A DNA stretch of 64,000 nt, taken from positions 1,798,001 through 1,862,000 of the forward strand of contig NW_027117338.1 of the NCBI RefSeq assembly GCF_038025025.1. Reading direction: 5' to 3'. Position 1 is the stretch's first letter. Every line of letters begins with the position of its first letter. The position numbers were made by a program, and so were the translations under genes. Shown piece after piece: positions 51,760 through 63,454 of this stretch. Origin of the DNA: Phyllosticta citribraziliensis (taxonomy: Eukaryota). The notes under the pieces were generated by a model. The model saw only the letters and a program-made list of their open reading frames with translations, ran no database searches and was not told the DNA's origin.

Positions 51760-53544
51760 TCAGTTGAGGTTGCCCAGGAAAACCACCAGCACGGCACAAT
51801 ATCTGCGGACCAAGGATTGTCAGGCGCAGGCTCATCATGATGCGGAGGAGATTGCAAACGAGTGACTGATTGACTGACTGCTTCTTCCGCCGATAGGGAC
51901 AGACTTGACGAGTGGATGTACAGGTGATGCTCGCCGGCTACATGGAACGGATACATGTACGAAAGGGAACAAGAGAAGACCGTGAGGTCAAGGTTTCTGA
52001 GGGTTTGTCCCATTTTTCTTGCTCGTATAGAGACAGACGACAGGCAAGGGGAAGAACAGAATTGACAACAGAAAACGAAAACCCCATCAACACGTACAGA
52101 ACATCGGCACACGAAACATACACACGGTAAGCAACAGAAGAATATTCACAGATAGCGAATAGAGACGGAGAAAGAAAGCAAGCTCACGACTTACGCTGCA
52201 GTAGCGGCAAACACCTCGTGGCGCTTCGCCTTTGTAAAGACGGACAGGGCTGCCGAGAAGACGAGAGTAAAGGCCAGAATGACGAGGATCTTGGCCGTGC
52301 CCGACTCCTCCTGTAGGAAGAGCACGACGACGGGCGCCATGAGCAGCGCCACGGCCACCATGGTGATGAGGATGCGCGCAAACGTGTCGACTCGTTGCTT
52401 CGAGTAGAGCTTGGTCTCCTTGTTGGCCGTGCTGCGCCGCTGCGCCGGATCTGAAAAGGCGAGCTGTGGAGGGCATGGCGTTAGTGATAAGGACTGAGAT
52501 TGTGCGAAGGGTAAGACTGCATTACCCTAGTGAGGCGATCCGGCAACATGGGCAAAAAGTAATCCTCAATGAAGGCGTCGAACCAGCCGCCTTCCTTGGG
52601 GTCGACCAGCGCCACGAGGTCCTGCTCGGCCATGATGAATCCGTTCTCTGGCTCGTAGAGCGGCTTCTTGTTATGCATCCAGTTGGACACGGAAGTAAAG
52701 TTACGGTGTGTGGCTTGAGGCAGTGAAGCCATCTGCCTTGCACGAATCACCGCGTCGTCTGGATTTTGCCAATCCGTTAGTGAAAGAGTTCTGCTTGCCA
52801 CCACGCTTCTTCTGGACGGTTTCAGCAACTACGCACCATACTCTCTGAGCTTGTCGTCAATCTCTCGAATCAGATTCGCCCTCACGTCAGACCGCGAATC
52901 ATCGGACTCGCGGGATTTGAGGAAGCGATCATTCCCATCTCTGATATCCATCTTGTCCAGCGCGAGCAGTTTGGATTCCAGCGCTCGCAGCTCGTCTTGC
53001 CGGTACAACAGCACTCTGTTGTGAAGAAAGCCGTAGCGCCGACACATCATGAAATTCTCGTCACTGTTGAGCATGGCAGCGAGCATCGGGTAGCCCTGGG
53101 GATGGTAGTCGATGCAGTGCATGTCTAGCTCGCTCTTCTTCCTCTTCTTTGGGCTCTCGAAACCCGTCGCCCGTCTGAATCTGTGCCAGGCATTTGGTCT
53201 TGGACCGCTGTTTCCATTATCTGCCGGTTGTCAACGAGGAAGTGAGCTAAGAGTGAAGGAAGTGTCAACTCACTTGCTTCGAGGTCCTCAGAGACATTGC
53301 TTTCCTCGAATTCCTCTTCGAACTCGATAACCTCTTCGAACTCTTCAGACTCGTCCGCCTGGAAATTCGTCTCAACACAAGTATCTTCCGTATTGATGGT
53401 ATCGTGCCTGTCATTTGGTGGCTTCTCCGGATCCCTTGTCTTCGTATAGTCCGAGGTAATTGATGATGAGGCTGAGGGAGACGATGGCTCAGGTGACTCG
53501 AAAAGTGGGGGCTGTGTCTGCGGAGGCGTGACGATTGTCGACAT
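51760..53544 (-). CDS. DUF6594-like integral membrane protein with acidic disordered N-terminus, about 399 aa. Exons 53544-53274, 53220-52837, 52758-52526, 52463-52195 and 51802-51760
   Basis: GYPMLAAMLNSDENFMMCRRYGFLHNRVLLYRQDELRALESKLLALDK, DLVAL, and C-terminal TM helices ending HEVFAATAAYCAVLVVFLGN, which is the pattern typical of this fungal family. Spliced length 1200 nt. Confidence 0.82.
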
Positions 53545-53920
53545 GGTCAGCGCGAGAGAGGTAGATGGGGCCGTATCAGAAGCATCAAATGTCCAATGCC
53601 ATGGATCAGGTCGGAATGAAATGGAAGATTGCAAAGGCATATAACTGGAGTTGAGTTGCCGCCGAACCCCGTAAGCATAGCCTCGACTCGCGCAGGTTGG
53701 GGCAAGGCTTGAGGCACAGCCTTGTACAACGCTTGAAGGCGGAGTTGCAAGCCCATGATTTGTCCGCGCAACCTATCACAGGATAAGCGCCCGGGAAGCC
53801 ACACGGCATGTTCTAGCCACTTGGTTCAGAAGGAACGGACAGGATAGACAATCGATTTCCTCAATTGAAGACTACTAAGCCACACCTCCCTAAAACCGAT
53901 AGAGCTGCATTGGCCACTGC

Positions 53921-54363
53921 TCAGGATCGTTTTTCCAGCCGGACGTACTTCTCAGGCACCCCCTTGACCAATGATGTGTCTTTCTTCAGATTGTAGACCC
54001 ATTTCCCATTTTTGTCTTTGGAGACTTCGTGTACTGTGAAGCCCTTTTGCACTTGCAGCGCATTTCCACCCTTCTCATAAGACACATTTTCTCCCTTCTC
54101 GAACAGAGACGTTGACTGGCAGCAAGTCAAACATTTGGTCCGTGCTGAGGAACGACGAGAATACGTACCGTTTTAACGTCTGAGGCTTTTACGACACGCG
54201 ACCTGAGGTCGGGAGCATCATCCAGATTCGCCTCTTCATCCAAGCTGAAAAATGTGACGGTCTCCTGAGGATCGTTCTCCATCTCGTCAAATGTCAGCAG
54301 CAAGCAGGAGCCACAGGTGGCGAGAAGTCTTACGATGTCAAGGTTCTGGTCCGACTCGGACAT
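53921..54363 (-). CDS. Small (about 129 aa) protein with a C-terminal SH3/Tudor/KOW-like beta-barrel. Exons 54363-54169 and 54115-53921
   Basis: A 53-nt phase-0 intron (GTACGT..TTGAC..CAG) joins two short ORFs, and a TATAAA lies about 70 nt upstream. The pattern FEKGENV..GFTVHEV..GKWVYNL..VPEKYV fits a small beta-barrel. Confidence 0.6.
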
Positions 54364-54432
54364 GATGTATCGACGCGAAAGCGGGCAACCGGCCTTTCTC
54401 GACTATACTGCACGGTCTAACGTCTTGAAAGC

Positions 54433-54438
54433 TTTATA
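54433..54438 (-). promoter_or_regulatory. Candidate TATA box for the small beta-barrel gene
   Basis: CATATAAAGC on the minus strand, about 70 nt upstream of the ATG at 54363. Confidence 0.4.
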
Positions 54439-54981
54439 TGCAGTCTGGAGAGCCTCATAGACGGCGACAAGCCCAATTGCTGGATTGATGCGATTGCAAG
54501 AACGCTTCCTAAGCGCGAGGCTGAAAGCTGGCAATAAGCGTGTCGGCCCCCAAACGCAAGGCAAACGTGGTGGTGGCTAGCAGATGCCGGTTATGTCCGT
54601 GATGTGGCATCCACACGCCATACACGGTACGTGGAGCGTGTGGCTTTCGGCAAAGCACCACTGCCGCCCCCGTTGTTATCTGCGACCGGTTCGCAAGTCT
54701 TCAAAGCCCCCATCACAAAAATGACATTTGCCAATCACCAGACAGTTGCCATTTGAGGATCAAACAGCCTTCCCATTTTATGGTAAGCCGCCATAAGCAA
54801 TAACTGATTACTGATTGAGTATCCAGAAGCCCAAGATCGAATCAAAGACACGTGCGACCCGCCAACGCGCCCAACTTGCTGGAAAGCAGACACTACCCGT
54901 CAAAAGCAAGCTCGGGGGATGTAGACAAAAACTGTGGATGAAGGAAATGGGAACGAGGCTGGAGCGTGAGCTCGGGCCCAA

Positions 54982-56561
54982 TCACTCATTCCGTGGCCTC
55001 TTCAAGCGAGATTCGTCTAGATCCAGCGCCACTGGATGGCTGTCTCGTTTCTTTTTGACCGGCCTCGCCTTCGTCGAATCCGAAGTTTCTGCCTCGGATA
55101 TGGCTGCGAGGGGCGATGGCGATCTTCTGCGTCGAGTTGGACTGACCAAAGGTTCCTGAGGCCTCGAGCCATCAGGCGTGTTGGGTGCAACAGGATTCAA
55201 GCGCAGAGTCTGGGACAATTCCCCTTTCGCGGCTTCTGGTCTTTCATAGTTGTTCCAGTCATGCAGCTCGGAGTTGCGCCGCGACAATGGCCCAAATGAA
55301 TTTTCCTGCTGAGTTTGACTGATGCCCATTCCGTCCTCTTTCTGCTTGCTGAGGCGCGTCTTCTCTCTCTTCATGCGGATTTTATTCAGCAACGGCTTGA
55401 TCATTTGAACCCTGTTTACAGATTCGACAAAGTCATCAATCTGTGCCGCGGGTGCGACGAGGTTCGTGAATTTCATCTCTTGCACATATGGGACGTACTG
55501 CATGTGCGATGCCAGTTCTGTCATGATGCCTGGATTGGGAAGCTCTGAGAGTTGAAATCGCAAATCCACAAATATGGGAGAAGACTTTGGAGGTTCTGGC
55601 GTCGTTTGGGGCGAGTTTGATCTTGGAGCAAATGGGATGATCCTGATATAGCCAAAGTTTTTCGAAGAGCAGTCGAACAGGAACGGCTTCTTTGACAGAG
55701 GAGATGCAAAGTAGACCTCGCGATACAGATCGGAAGTGGTGAATCCTTTAAGGCCATGCTCCTTTCGAAGAGCACTGAGTGCCCGCGTGAGTCCACCCGA
55801 GAACGAGGACGCGTGAGTTGGTCCAAGTGCTTCCTCTTCAGGGGGAACGCAGCTCAAGAGTTCGAATTTTCTCTTCCCGCACCTGTTTTCGGAAAAGGCA
55901 TGAGCAGCGTAACAGCAGTCAACAATGACAAGCGTGTCGGTATCCTTCGCCTTCAGGGGTCGGAGAAGTCCGTCAGCCTTGAAAAACGCTCCAGCTTTGG
56001 AGCTGACCATTTATTTGATTAGTGAATTGATGAGAATGCCAATTGAAGATGTACGCACCTGATGTTCATTGAATGGCCCTTTTTCTCGCCATGGCCTCCA
56101 TAGTAGATGATGCTTAACTTATCCGGGCCTTCATACTCATTGGCCCACTCTTCCAACCGCACCTCGAGTTCCTTGGCTGAACGAGCTGGTGTATCTGGGA
56201 ACAATGGAATGGCATATCGCTCTGTGTAGAAGCCAAACTGCTCTCTCAACACGGCTTCGAGATGCATCGCCTGCATACAGTTAGTAACATGACCGCAAAA
56301 GAAAACAGGGCTGCCTACTTCGCGCTCGAAATTCTTGTTGTCGCCTTCCCAGTAGATCAGCAAAACGCCAACCTTGGAATAGCCCGTCGGTCCGTTCCCA
56401 TAACGACCATGTAGAGTCTTTTTGAAGTTCAACTTGGCTTCTTTTCGCCGAATCCAACCGTCGTTGTCTGACTCTTGTGTAGCCGTCCGTTCTGGAATGG
56501 GTGCTTCTGAGACTGGGGTTGCAGGTGCCGGAGCACTGTCCGAAGGGAGCGAATACACCAT
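54982..56561 (-). CDS. Caspase-like (clan CD, peptidase C14-like) cysteine protease, about 491 aa. Exons 56561-56319, 56270-56059 and 56002-54982 (start uncertain)
   Basis: First strand GYSKVGVLLIYWEGD, catalytic-His motif LSIIYYGGHG, catalytic-Cys motif DTLVIVDCCYA, then FELLSC..SFSGGLTRAL. Two canonical introns. Confidence 0.8.
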
Positions 56562-57720
56562 GACAGACCGAAAAAACAAGTGTGCCTGGCAGTCAAGTTG
56601 TAGAGCAAGAGTGTCCGGAGTGAGGGAATGACCTGGATTTGAGGCTTCGCGAGCAGCAGCCGGACGCCTTTAGTTTGCGCAAACGAAGAGCAGAGAGGCT
56701 TTTGCCAGAAACGCCAACAATGGAGGTATATCTAGAAGAAGCTGATTGCAAAGTACAAACATAGCGTCGGGCGAGGCCGCGGTGGGCAGTGCGGCGGGCT
56801 GCTGACATGCGCCATTGGGGGCGACAATATTTACAACGTGGAGGGCGAGCGGAGGCTGACAGCCTTTACAACCCCATCCACGTTCGGGCACCAGCTCAAT
56901 CGGGCCCTTGCTGCCGTGAAGCGAGCTTGATTCGGGTCTGATTTCTTCATCGGCGGCTTTAGCTGCCAAGACCTTCTGGGCGAGTGATGGAGGATGGTAG
57001 TGGTGTAGGGTGGAGATGGTTGACAGGGAAGAAGGAAAGCCGGCAGCTTATCTCCATAACATCGGATGTGCGACCAGGATATGTCAGTGCATCAACACGG
57101 CTAGACTAACCGAATGAGGATGCGGCATGAAGGGGAAGGTCTTTTGATTTTCCTCCTTGTTAACCTTATTTCTACTGTGCCACTGAAAACTTCCTGTTGC
57201 ATCTTTCTCTACCCCACATTTGGTACTCGACCGCGCTCACATCATACTACCTTTGAGGATTGCTCTCTTGGTGAAAGGTGGACATGTTGAATTCATGGCT
57301 TTGAAAAATGCATTTGTGATAGTACATGCTGTTGAAGGAACGTCCCAACCACTGGAGTTCCCTGCGAAGTCCATTCACAGCATTCGCAACTATTTACTGT
57401 CGATCAACATTGACAAACCACCGACTTTTCCTTATCCGTTCATGGACGCTTCCAGAACAAAACACATTAAGCATTACCCGTAGAGACTGTCGCAGTTGGG
57501 CTGATTGTACTGATCGAACCCTGCGATTCCAACACCGAGAGAGCGTCGTATAAAGAGTGTCGTGGTATCATAATCATAAACCGTCTCTTTCCTCCTCAAT
57601 TACCGCGAGGCCAGCCGACCCAAATATCAACGAGCGGAGCCGTCAACGCCGACGCATGCAAAAGGCGACTGTGTCGTCATGCAAACAGAAAAGATGATGC
57701 GAAGTCGGAGAAAGAGATGC

Positions 57721-58225
57721 CTAGGGGCAGTTTGTGCACTTCTGGCAAAGGAACGACGTCATGTTGCTGTAGTTGATGCCGTTGTAGTTGTCGAACTGGG
57801 TGGAGCCGGGATACTGGATGAAGAGATCGCCGTGAGTAGTGCATGAATCTTGCGAACTGATTAAGAAACATTGTCAGCGCATGGAACATGAGTGCAGACA
57901 GTGTGGGAGATTCGTACTTTGTGACACGGCACAGAATTTGGTGGCCGGGGGCAAAAGTGAGAACGTTCTGGTAGTAGGGTGCGGGGAGGATGTTGCATTC
58001 GTTGGATTTGTACGTCTTGGTGGAGCAGTCTCCAGAATTGTTGGCGCCGGTGCAAATCGTTACCTACGGGCAGTGAGTCAGTGGCTTGATTTTGGCCTTT
58101 GAAGTCGGTCGTCAACTTACTTGACCTGCCTCGGTGTCCACATCCTGACGCTTCTCAATGGTGGGTGCGGCAGCGGAGAGGGAGAAAATGGAGACGAGAG
58201 CAGCGGCGACGGTGAAGACGTGCAT
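57721..58225 (-). CDS. Small secreted cysteine-rich protein, effector-like with a beta/gamma-crystallin-like pattern, 128 aa. Exons 58225-58121, 58063-57918 and 57856-57721
   Basis: Signal peptide MHVFTVAAALVSIFSLSAAAP, a Kex2-type EKR site and 8 Cys in the mature part (VTICTGANNSGDC..EC..LC..SC..IQYPG..TSFLCQKCTNCP). Two canonical introns; spliced length 387 nt. Confidence 0.8.
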
Positions 58226-60531
58226 TTTGTGTGATTGAACGGTGTCGATGCGACAAAGAGTAGGGCGGAGATGGGCGGTTGGTGATGAATGATCTCGGGT
58301 GGTTGATTATTGATTAAATGGTAATGGGGCGATGGATGATTGACTTTGGAGGGAGTGGAGTAGTCTTTTAAGTATTGAGCAATTGGAGGAATAGGAACAG
58401 GCAAACGGGCAATGACGTCCCGGCAGCAAGGTAACGGCAGCGGCCGCCTGGGTCAGAATGTGCGCTAGTGGAGTGCGGATACGATTGACAAGGGTCGAGG
58501 ACAAGCAGTCTTGGCTCCATGACCGTGCTGTAGCAACGATGGATTGTGGTGGTGACTGAGGTGGCGTCCGTGAGCAGTACGACGTAGGATCAGTGGATGG
58601 ACTGGGCTGCCAAAAGTCGAAGCACACGCCATTCCACTCCACTGCTCCCTACAGTCATCCTTCTGGACAGCTTGAATACTCCTTGGTTAATTCGATGACT
58701 TCCCTTGTCTTCTGTAATCAGGGGCTCGAATAATCGATATTGATCCTCCTTGAAGATATGAATTCCGGTTGCTCACCCGCTTTCCGTCTTCCGTCTTCCG
58801 TCTTCCGTGTGCCGTGAGTTTTGGCAGCACGCCTGGTCCCTCGCCAAAGCACTAGAAAAGCCGACCCGATGACCATGACGCCCCTCAATTCCTGTTGTGG
58901 TAAGGAGGGTCGGTCGAAGCGAAAAGGCGGGGAATTCGCTTGCGGCTGCAGCGCCTGGCTGCAAAACGTCCCTTTGATGCTGACCGTAGAGTTCCATCGC
59001 AGCAATAACAAGACACCAAGGCAATTGAAAATTCCAGAGCGACACGGCAGTGACCTTGCATCCTTCCGTAACACAGTCTAGAAGGCTCTTTCCAGCTCAT
59101 GTACGCGTGAATGCACCGAAAGCCGCACCCGACGGCAACGGCGACACCCCTGCACACCGCCAATGAGCAAAAGGAAGACGCAAGGAATATTGAGGCATCC
59201 CGCATTCTCAAGGTTGAACGTTCGGCGAGCTGCTTCCGAAAATCTTCTTCCTGCTTCGTCGTGTCCTGGTCCTTGACCCCCGGCCGTGACCCACCCTGAA
59301 TGGACAAATATAGAATCCATGATCATCCGACCGGGCGCCTGTCTTGCCATTCTCGCTTTAGCTCCAATGCTTAGTTGCACCTTGTCTGTAGCTGCACCTG
59401 CAGTAGTCCGTACTTCAGCACGTATATCGACATCCAATCGCTTGTTCCGACCGTAAAATAGGTCAGTACGATAGACTCCGGGGGCTGTACATGTCGCACT
59501 CAGCCTTTCATATGCAAGACAACAACTCGCTGTTTCCACTCGTCAACTCCGCACGTGTCTGCAGACCGGTATGTTGTCAGAGCAACTCACTTGATCGAGA
59601 GGCTGTGTAACCGTTTGCCCTGCGTTGCCCACCGTCCGCTGTGTCTCGGCCCTTCACAGCCGCGCTGGTGGGCGGACGCCTTGCCGCCGCCTCGCTGCCA
59701 TGTGGCTGGCCAGAAGCTGCGGGCGCGGATGGCACTTGAACGAAGTACAGAATGTGGTCATGGTGGCGGCATACCAAGCTCTGATAGGACGCGCGAATTC
59801 GTCGGGAGGTACGGCCACCATCTTCAACGTATTTTAGTCCTGGTCTCTCGTACTTGCTTGTCCGGCATGTTCCAATGGCGCCTGTGCGCACACAATGAAA
59901 GTGGCCTCAAATGTTGCTATAGTAGGCATTGCTTATTGATACCGAGACCGTTCGGCCGAATCCCAGATGTTAGAGACAGAGCGACCTTGATGTCCATTTC
60001 TGAGCTTGTGTGGTCCGAGGATTCTAAGCCAGTATCGAGAAACCACGCGAGGCGCTGGAAGAGGAGCGCCGCCACGCTGTCATGCAAGTGTCTCGCGTGG
60101 TGCTCGATTAGAATCGACGTGTCGGTGGCTTCAGACGCAGGAAACGCCATTCGGATGGCGAGTAAATCAGGATACGATCACGGAACGCGTAATCGTGGAC
60201 AACTCGTAAGTTGAGCTGTGGAAATCCAGACAGGCATGAGCCGGCGACCGCGGAACTGGACAGAATGACAGGTTATACTGCAACCAACGATGCTGCCTGT
60301 GCCATATGCTTGCGAGAATCCTCGATGCATGCCGTTACGAAAAGAGCAACTTGGACAATCATCCCATCTGATACGCTGCAGCTGGGTATCTGTCAGTCGT
60401 AAAAAATCGCTGTCCACAAATCCACCAAACCGGTTCCTCCCAAGAACCAAAAAACACAGAAAACGCCAATCGTGAACGGTTTGCAGACGACGTAGAAGAC
60501 CAGCGCCATGTCCAAAAGTCGAATGAGAGCT

Positions 60532-63149
60532 TTACATGTAGCCTTCTTGAAATCTCTCCATCCCCTTGCGTATTTCTGCCACGATCTCGATTGCTTCCTC
60601 GCGACTCTGGCATTCAAAGTCATACCGCTTGCTTTCGCGCTCGCGATAAACCACGACTCGAAAGCTTTTTGGGTGTTTGCTACTGACTTTGCTCCCAACT
60701 ACACTGCTGAAATGCACCGTTGTCGTCTTGCCAGTTCCAGCCGCCTTGTTCGTTGCCCCGTTTGCAATCGTCGTATCTGCTGGCATAATGTGCATGTACT
60801 CGCCATCCATGGCGAGCACGCGTGTCGACGAAGAGGTAAATGACATTGGTTGCTTTCGCGTCACGACGTAGCGCTTGTACGGATTATTTGACGTCGTCAG
60901 TGAGAGCAAAGCGTCTTGCTTTTGGGCAAGGGGATGCAGTAGGCCTGTCGACGACGCGGCCGCAGCAGTGGCCTTCTTGCCCTTTTTGGGCGTCCCGCCA
61001 GTGCTAATGAGCAAAGGAGCATTCGGACTGGAGCTACCAGGAGACCCTGAAAGTCCAAATGCACCGTCGCCGACGAAACGGCGCCGCGCAAGGTCTAGCT
61101 CGGTGCGGGTGCCTAAAGCCTCGACAGTGCGGTCCAACGGCGCAACTGTGGCTGTACCGGACACTTTAAGGACGTAGAGAGCTTTGTCGACATTTAGATC
61201 TCGGCAGACCCTGTCAAAAACTTCGGCGATGTATGTATCTGTCGTGAATTCAAGACGCGAGGTGCGTGAGGTGAAATCATCGGAAATATAATGGATTGTC
61301 AGCGTTCGCGGAGCTCCTGTTCGAGGAGTGGCATGGGACACGGGTATTGCCGGAGCATCGAGAAGGTTGTTGCTATCTTTTCTTGGCCCACTTGGAGCGA
61401 AGGATGGACCCGTGATGGGATTCTGCTGAGGTCCAAGGAGTATTGCCGACGTTGGATTTGAAGACGGAAGGGGCCCAGAGTTTGAAGTTGGCGTTGGAGA
61501 TGGAATCTTTTGCAGTTCATTGGGACCGCCGGCATGAGCTTCGGCAGTCTCTTTACTGTACTCGGGCGTGGTTCTTTCGTTGTCTGCAAGTTCTTCAGGC
61601 GAGGCCTGGACAAGAGCAAACTCATCCCATGGTTTGTCGCGAGACCTTCCCCGCTGAGGCCTGTTGTTGGTTGACGTAAAATCCTGAATTGGACGAGTCC
61701 GAGCGAAAGCAGGAAATTCGTAGTCGACCTCCTCGTCCTCAATCATTCTCAACACCCAGCAGTTGACGTTTTTCTTCTCTGGGGGAAGCTGGGGTTCCAG
61801 GCCTTCATCCTGGTATTTGAAAAGCGCGAAACCAATCGCCTCGGCGACTATCACTTTCGTGCCTTCGTCAACGGTCTTGCGAAGCAAAATCTCATAAGGC
61901 TTGTGAGGCCTGCTAGACCAAGGCGCATAGATTTTGATGTACAGTGGATTCGGTTCTCCTTCGCCAGACAAGGTACCAAATCTCTGCAGAGGATCCGCGG
62001 GTTTGTTCGACTTGGCTTTGAGGGCTTGAGTAAGCGCGCTGACAGGCTGCACCATGCTGATGGGTCTCGCAGGAGGTAAAGTTGGCAAGGCTGATTGTTG
62101 TGCCTGTTTAGTTCGCTTGTTGGGTGACGAATTGTGCGGTGTGATGGCCGGCGGGATATTTGTTGGTTTGGGCAAAGGCGTCGACCCCAATGGATCGGCC
62201 TCAACACCCAGAAGCGAATTGGAATCCGCTGTGCCTGCTGCAAAGTCCGAGTCCAGGTCGCTATCATCGGACTCGGAGCCGTCAATGTCCTCTCCTTCGT
62301 CTTCCTGGATCTTTTCAGCTAACAAATTGGTGGCTTGAGTAGCTCTGCGCGCATTGATTTGTTTCCTCTTGAAGACAGAGGGGTCAAGCTCATTCTCGGA
62401 TGACATCTCACTGCTTGTGACGGTATCCCTCCGAGACCTTTCTTTGACAGACTCGAGCGCGCTCAGCGAGCCCCTTCTCGGTGGAGCGGCTGAGTCCAGT
62501 GGTTTCGATGGCGACGTAACCATTATCATGTCCGGTCCTTCTGCCATACTTGTCTTTTGCAAAGGTGAGGATCCTGCCCTCGTCCGTACCGGCATCTTGG
62601 TAAACTTGATCTGCTGCGCTGCTCGTTGCCCATCTCCTTCGTCGTCGCTGTCATCACTGAGATCGCTGCTGTCCTCTTCCTCCAATTGTTCTTTCCTTCT
62701 CTTCCTTCTGGCGTGCATGCCTGGTCCTACAGTCTCATTGCTTCCGCCTCCACCTGTTACCATGCCGCCTTCTTCATCGTCGTCTCCGAATGCCGGCCCA
62801 GTAAGTCCTGCTGATCGAGGCGCTTGGAAGTAGTCGGATGCGATAGCGGTAGGAATTGGGGGCGAGTATGTGCGCTTGATGTCGGAGGTGTTTGGTAGCC
62901 AGCCAGCAGCTCGAAAGGCCGGGTTGTTCAGGACCGAAGTGTTTACGCCGATAAGTCGCTCACCAACGCCGTCTTTGATGTGTGAGAGGTAAGCGGTGCG
63001 AAGCTGGTAGAGGACAAAGCTGTGGACCAGTCAATCACAGCCAATCTCCCAGGTCATGTAGGGGCAGTTCCCCTGAATTCGAAGCGCGCTTTTGTGTATG
63101 CACCTGATTGCGTGAGATAAACTTACTCCTCGTTCTGAAGCAGCGACAT
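60532..63149 (-). CDS. SIN1: TORC2 subunit Sin1/Avo1 (SAPK-interacting protein), about 836 aa. Exons 63149-63127 and 63019-60532
   Basis: MSLLQNEDFVLYQLRTAYL, IKRTYSPPIP, a CRIM region (WVLRMIEDEEVDYEFP), an RBD-like region and a C-terminal PH domain (YKRYVVTRKQPMSF..KRYDFE). Confidence 0.92.
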
Positions 63150-63454
63150 AGATGGCAGTGAGATTATGAGGCGAAGCGGCACAACATCATGAAGCAGGCT
63201 GACAGACAGATACCACTCGATAGGTAGGCGAGGGCGGAGAATTGGCTGCGAACAAGAATTGCGCTGAGACGGAGGGGTATTGGGTACACGCCGGCGGGTT
63301 GCGGCGGCGCGCGGACGTCAGCCTTAGCGCGAGACGCTGCTGTGGGGGAACAACCCATGCCGCAGATCGTCGATGCGACTTTGTCGTCTACGCCTTTGCC
63401 AGCACGCCTACCACCATCTCATCGTTCCCGAAATCACATCCTGCCCTCCGCATC

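Noticed and set aside
58642..60450. ORFs of 140-219 aa between the secreted protein gene and SIN1
   Set aside because: Mostly non-ATG starts, no motifs and no consistent introns. A degenerate gene cannot be excluded without BLASTX.
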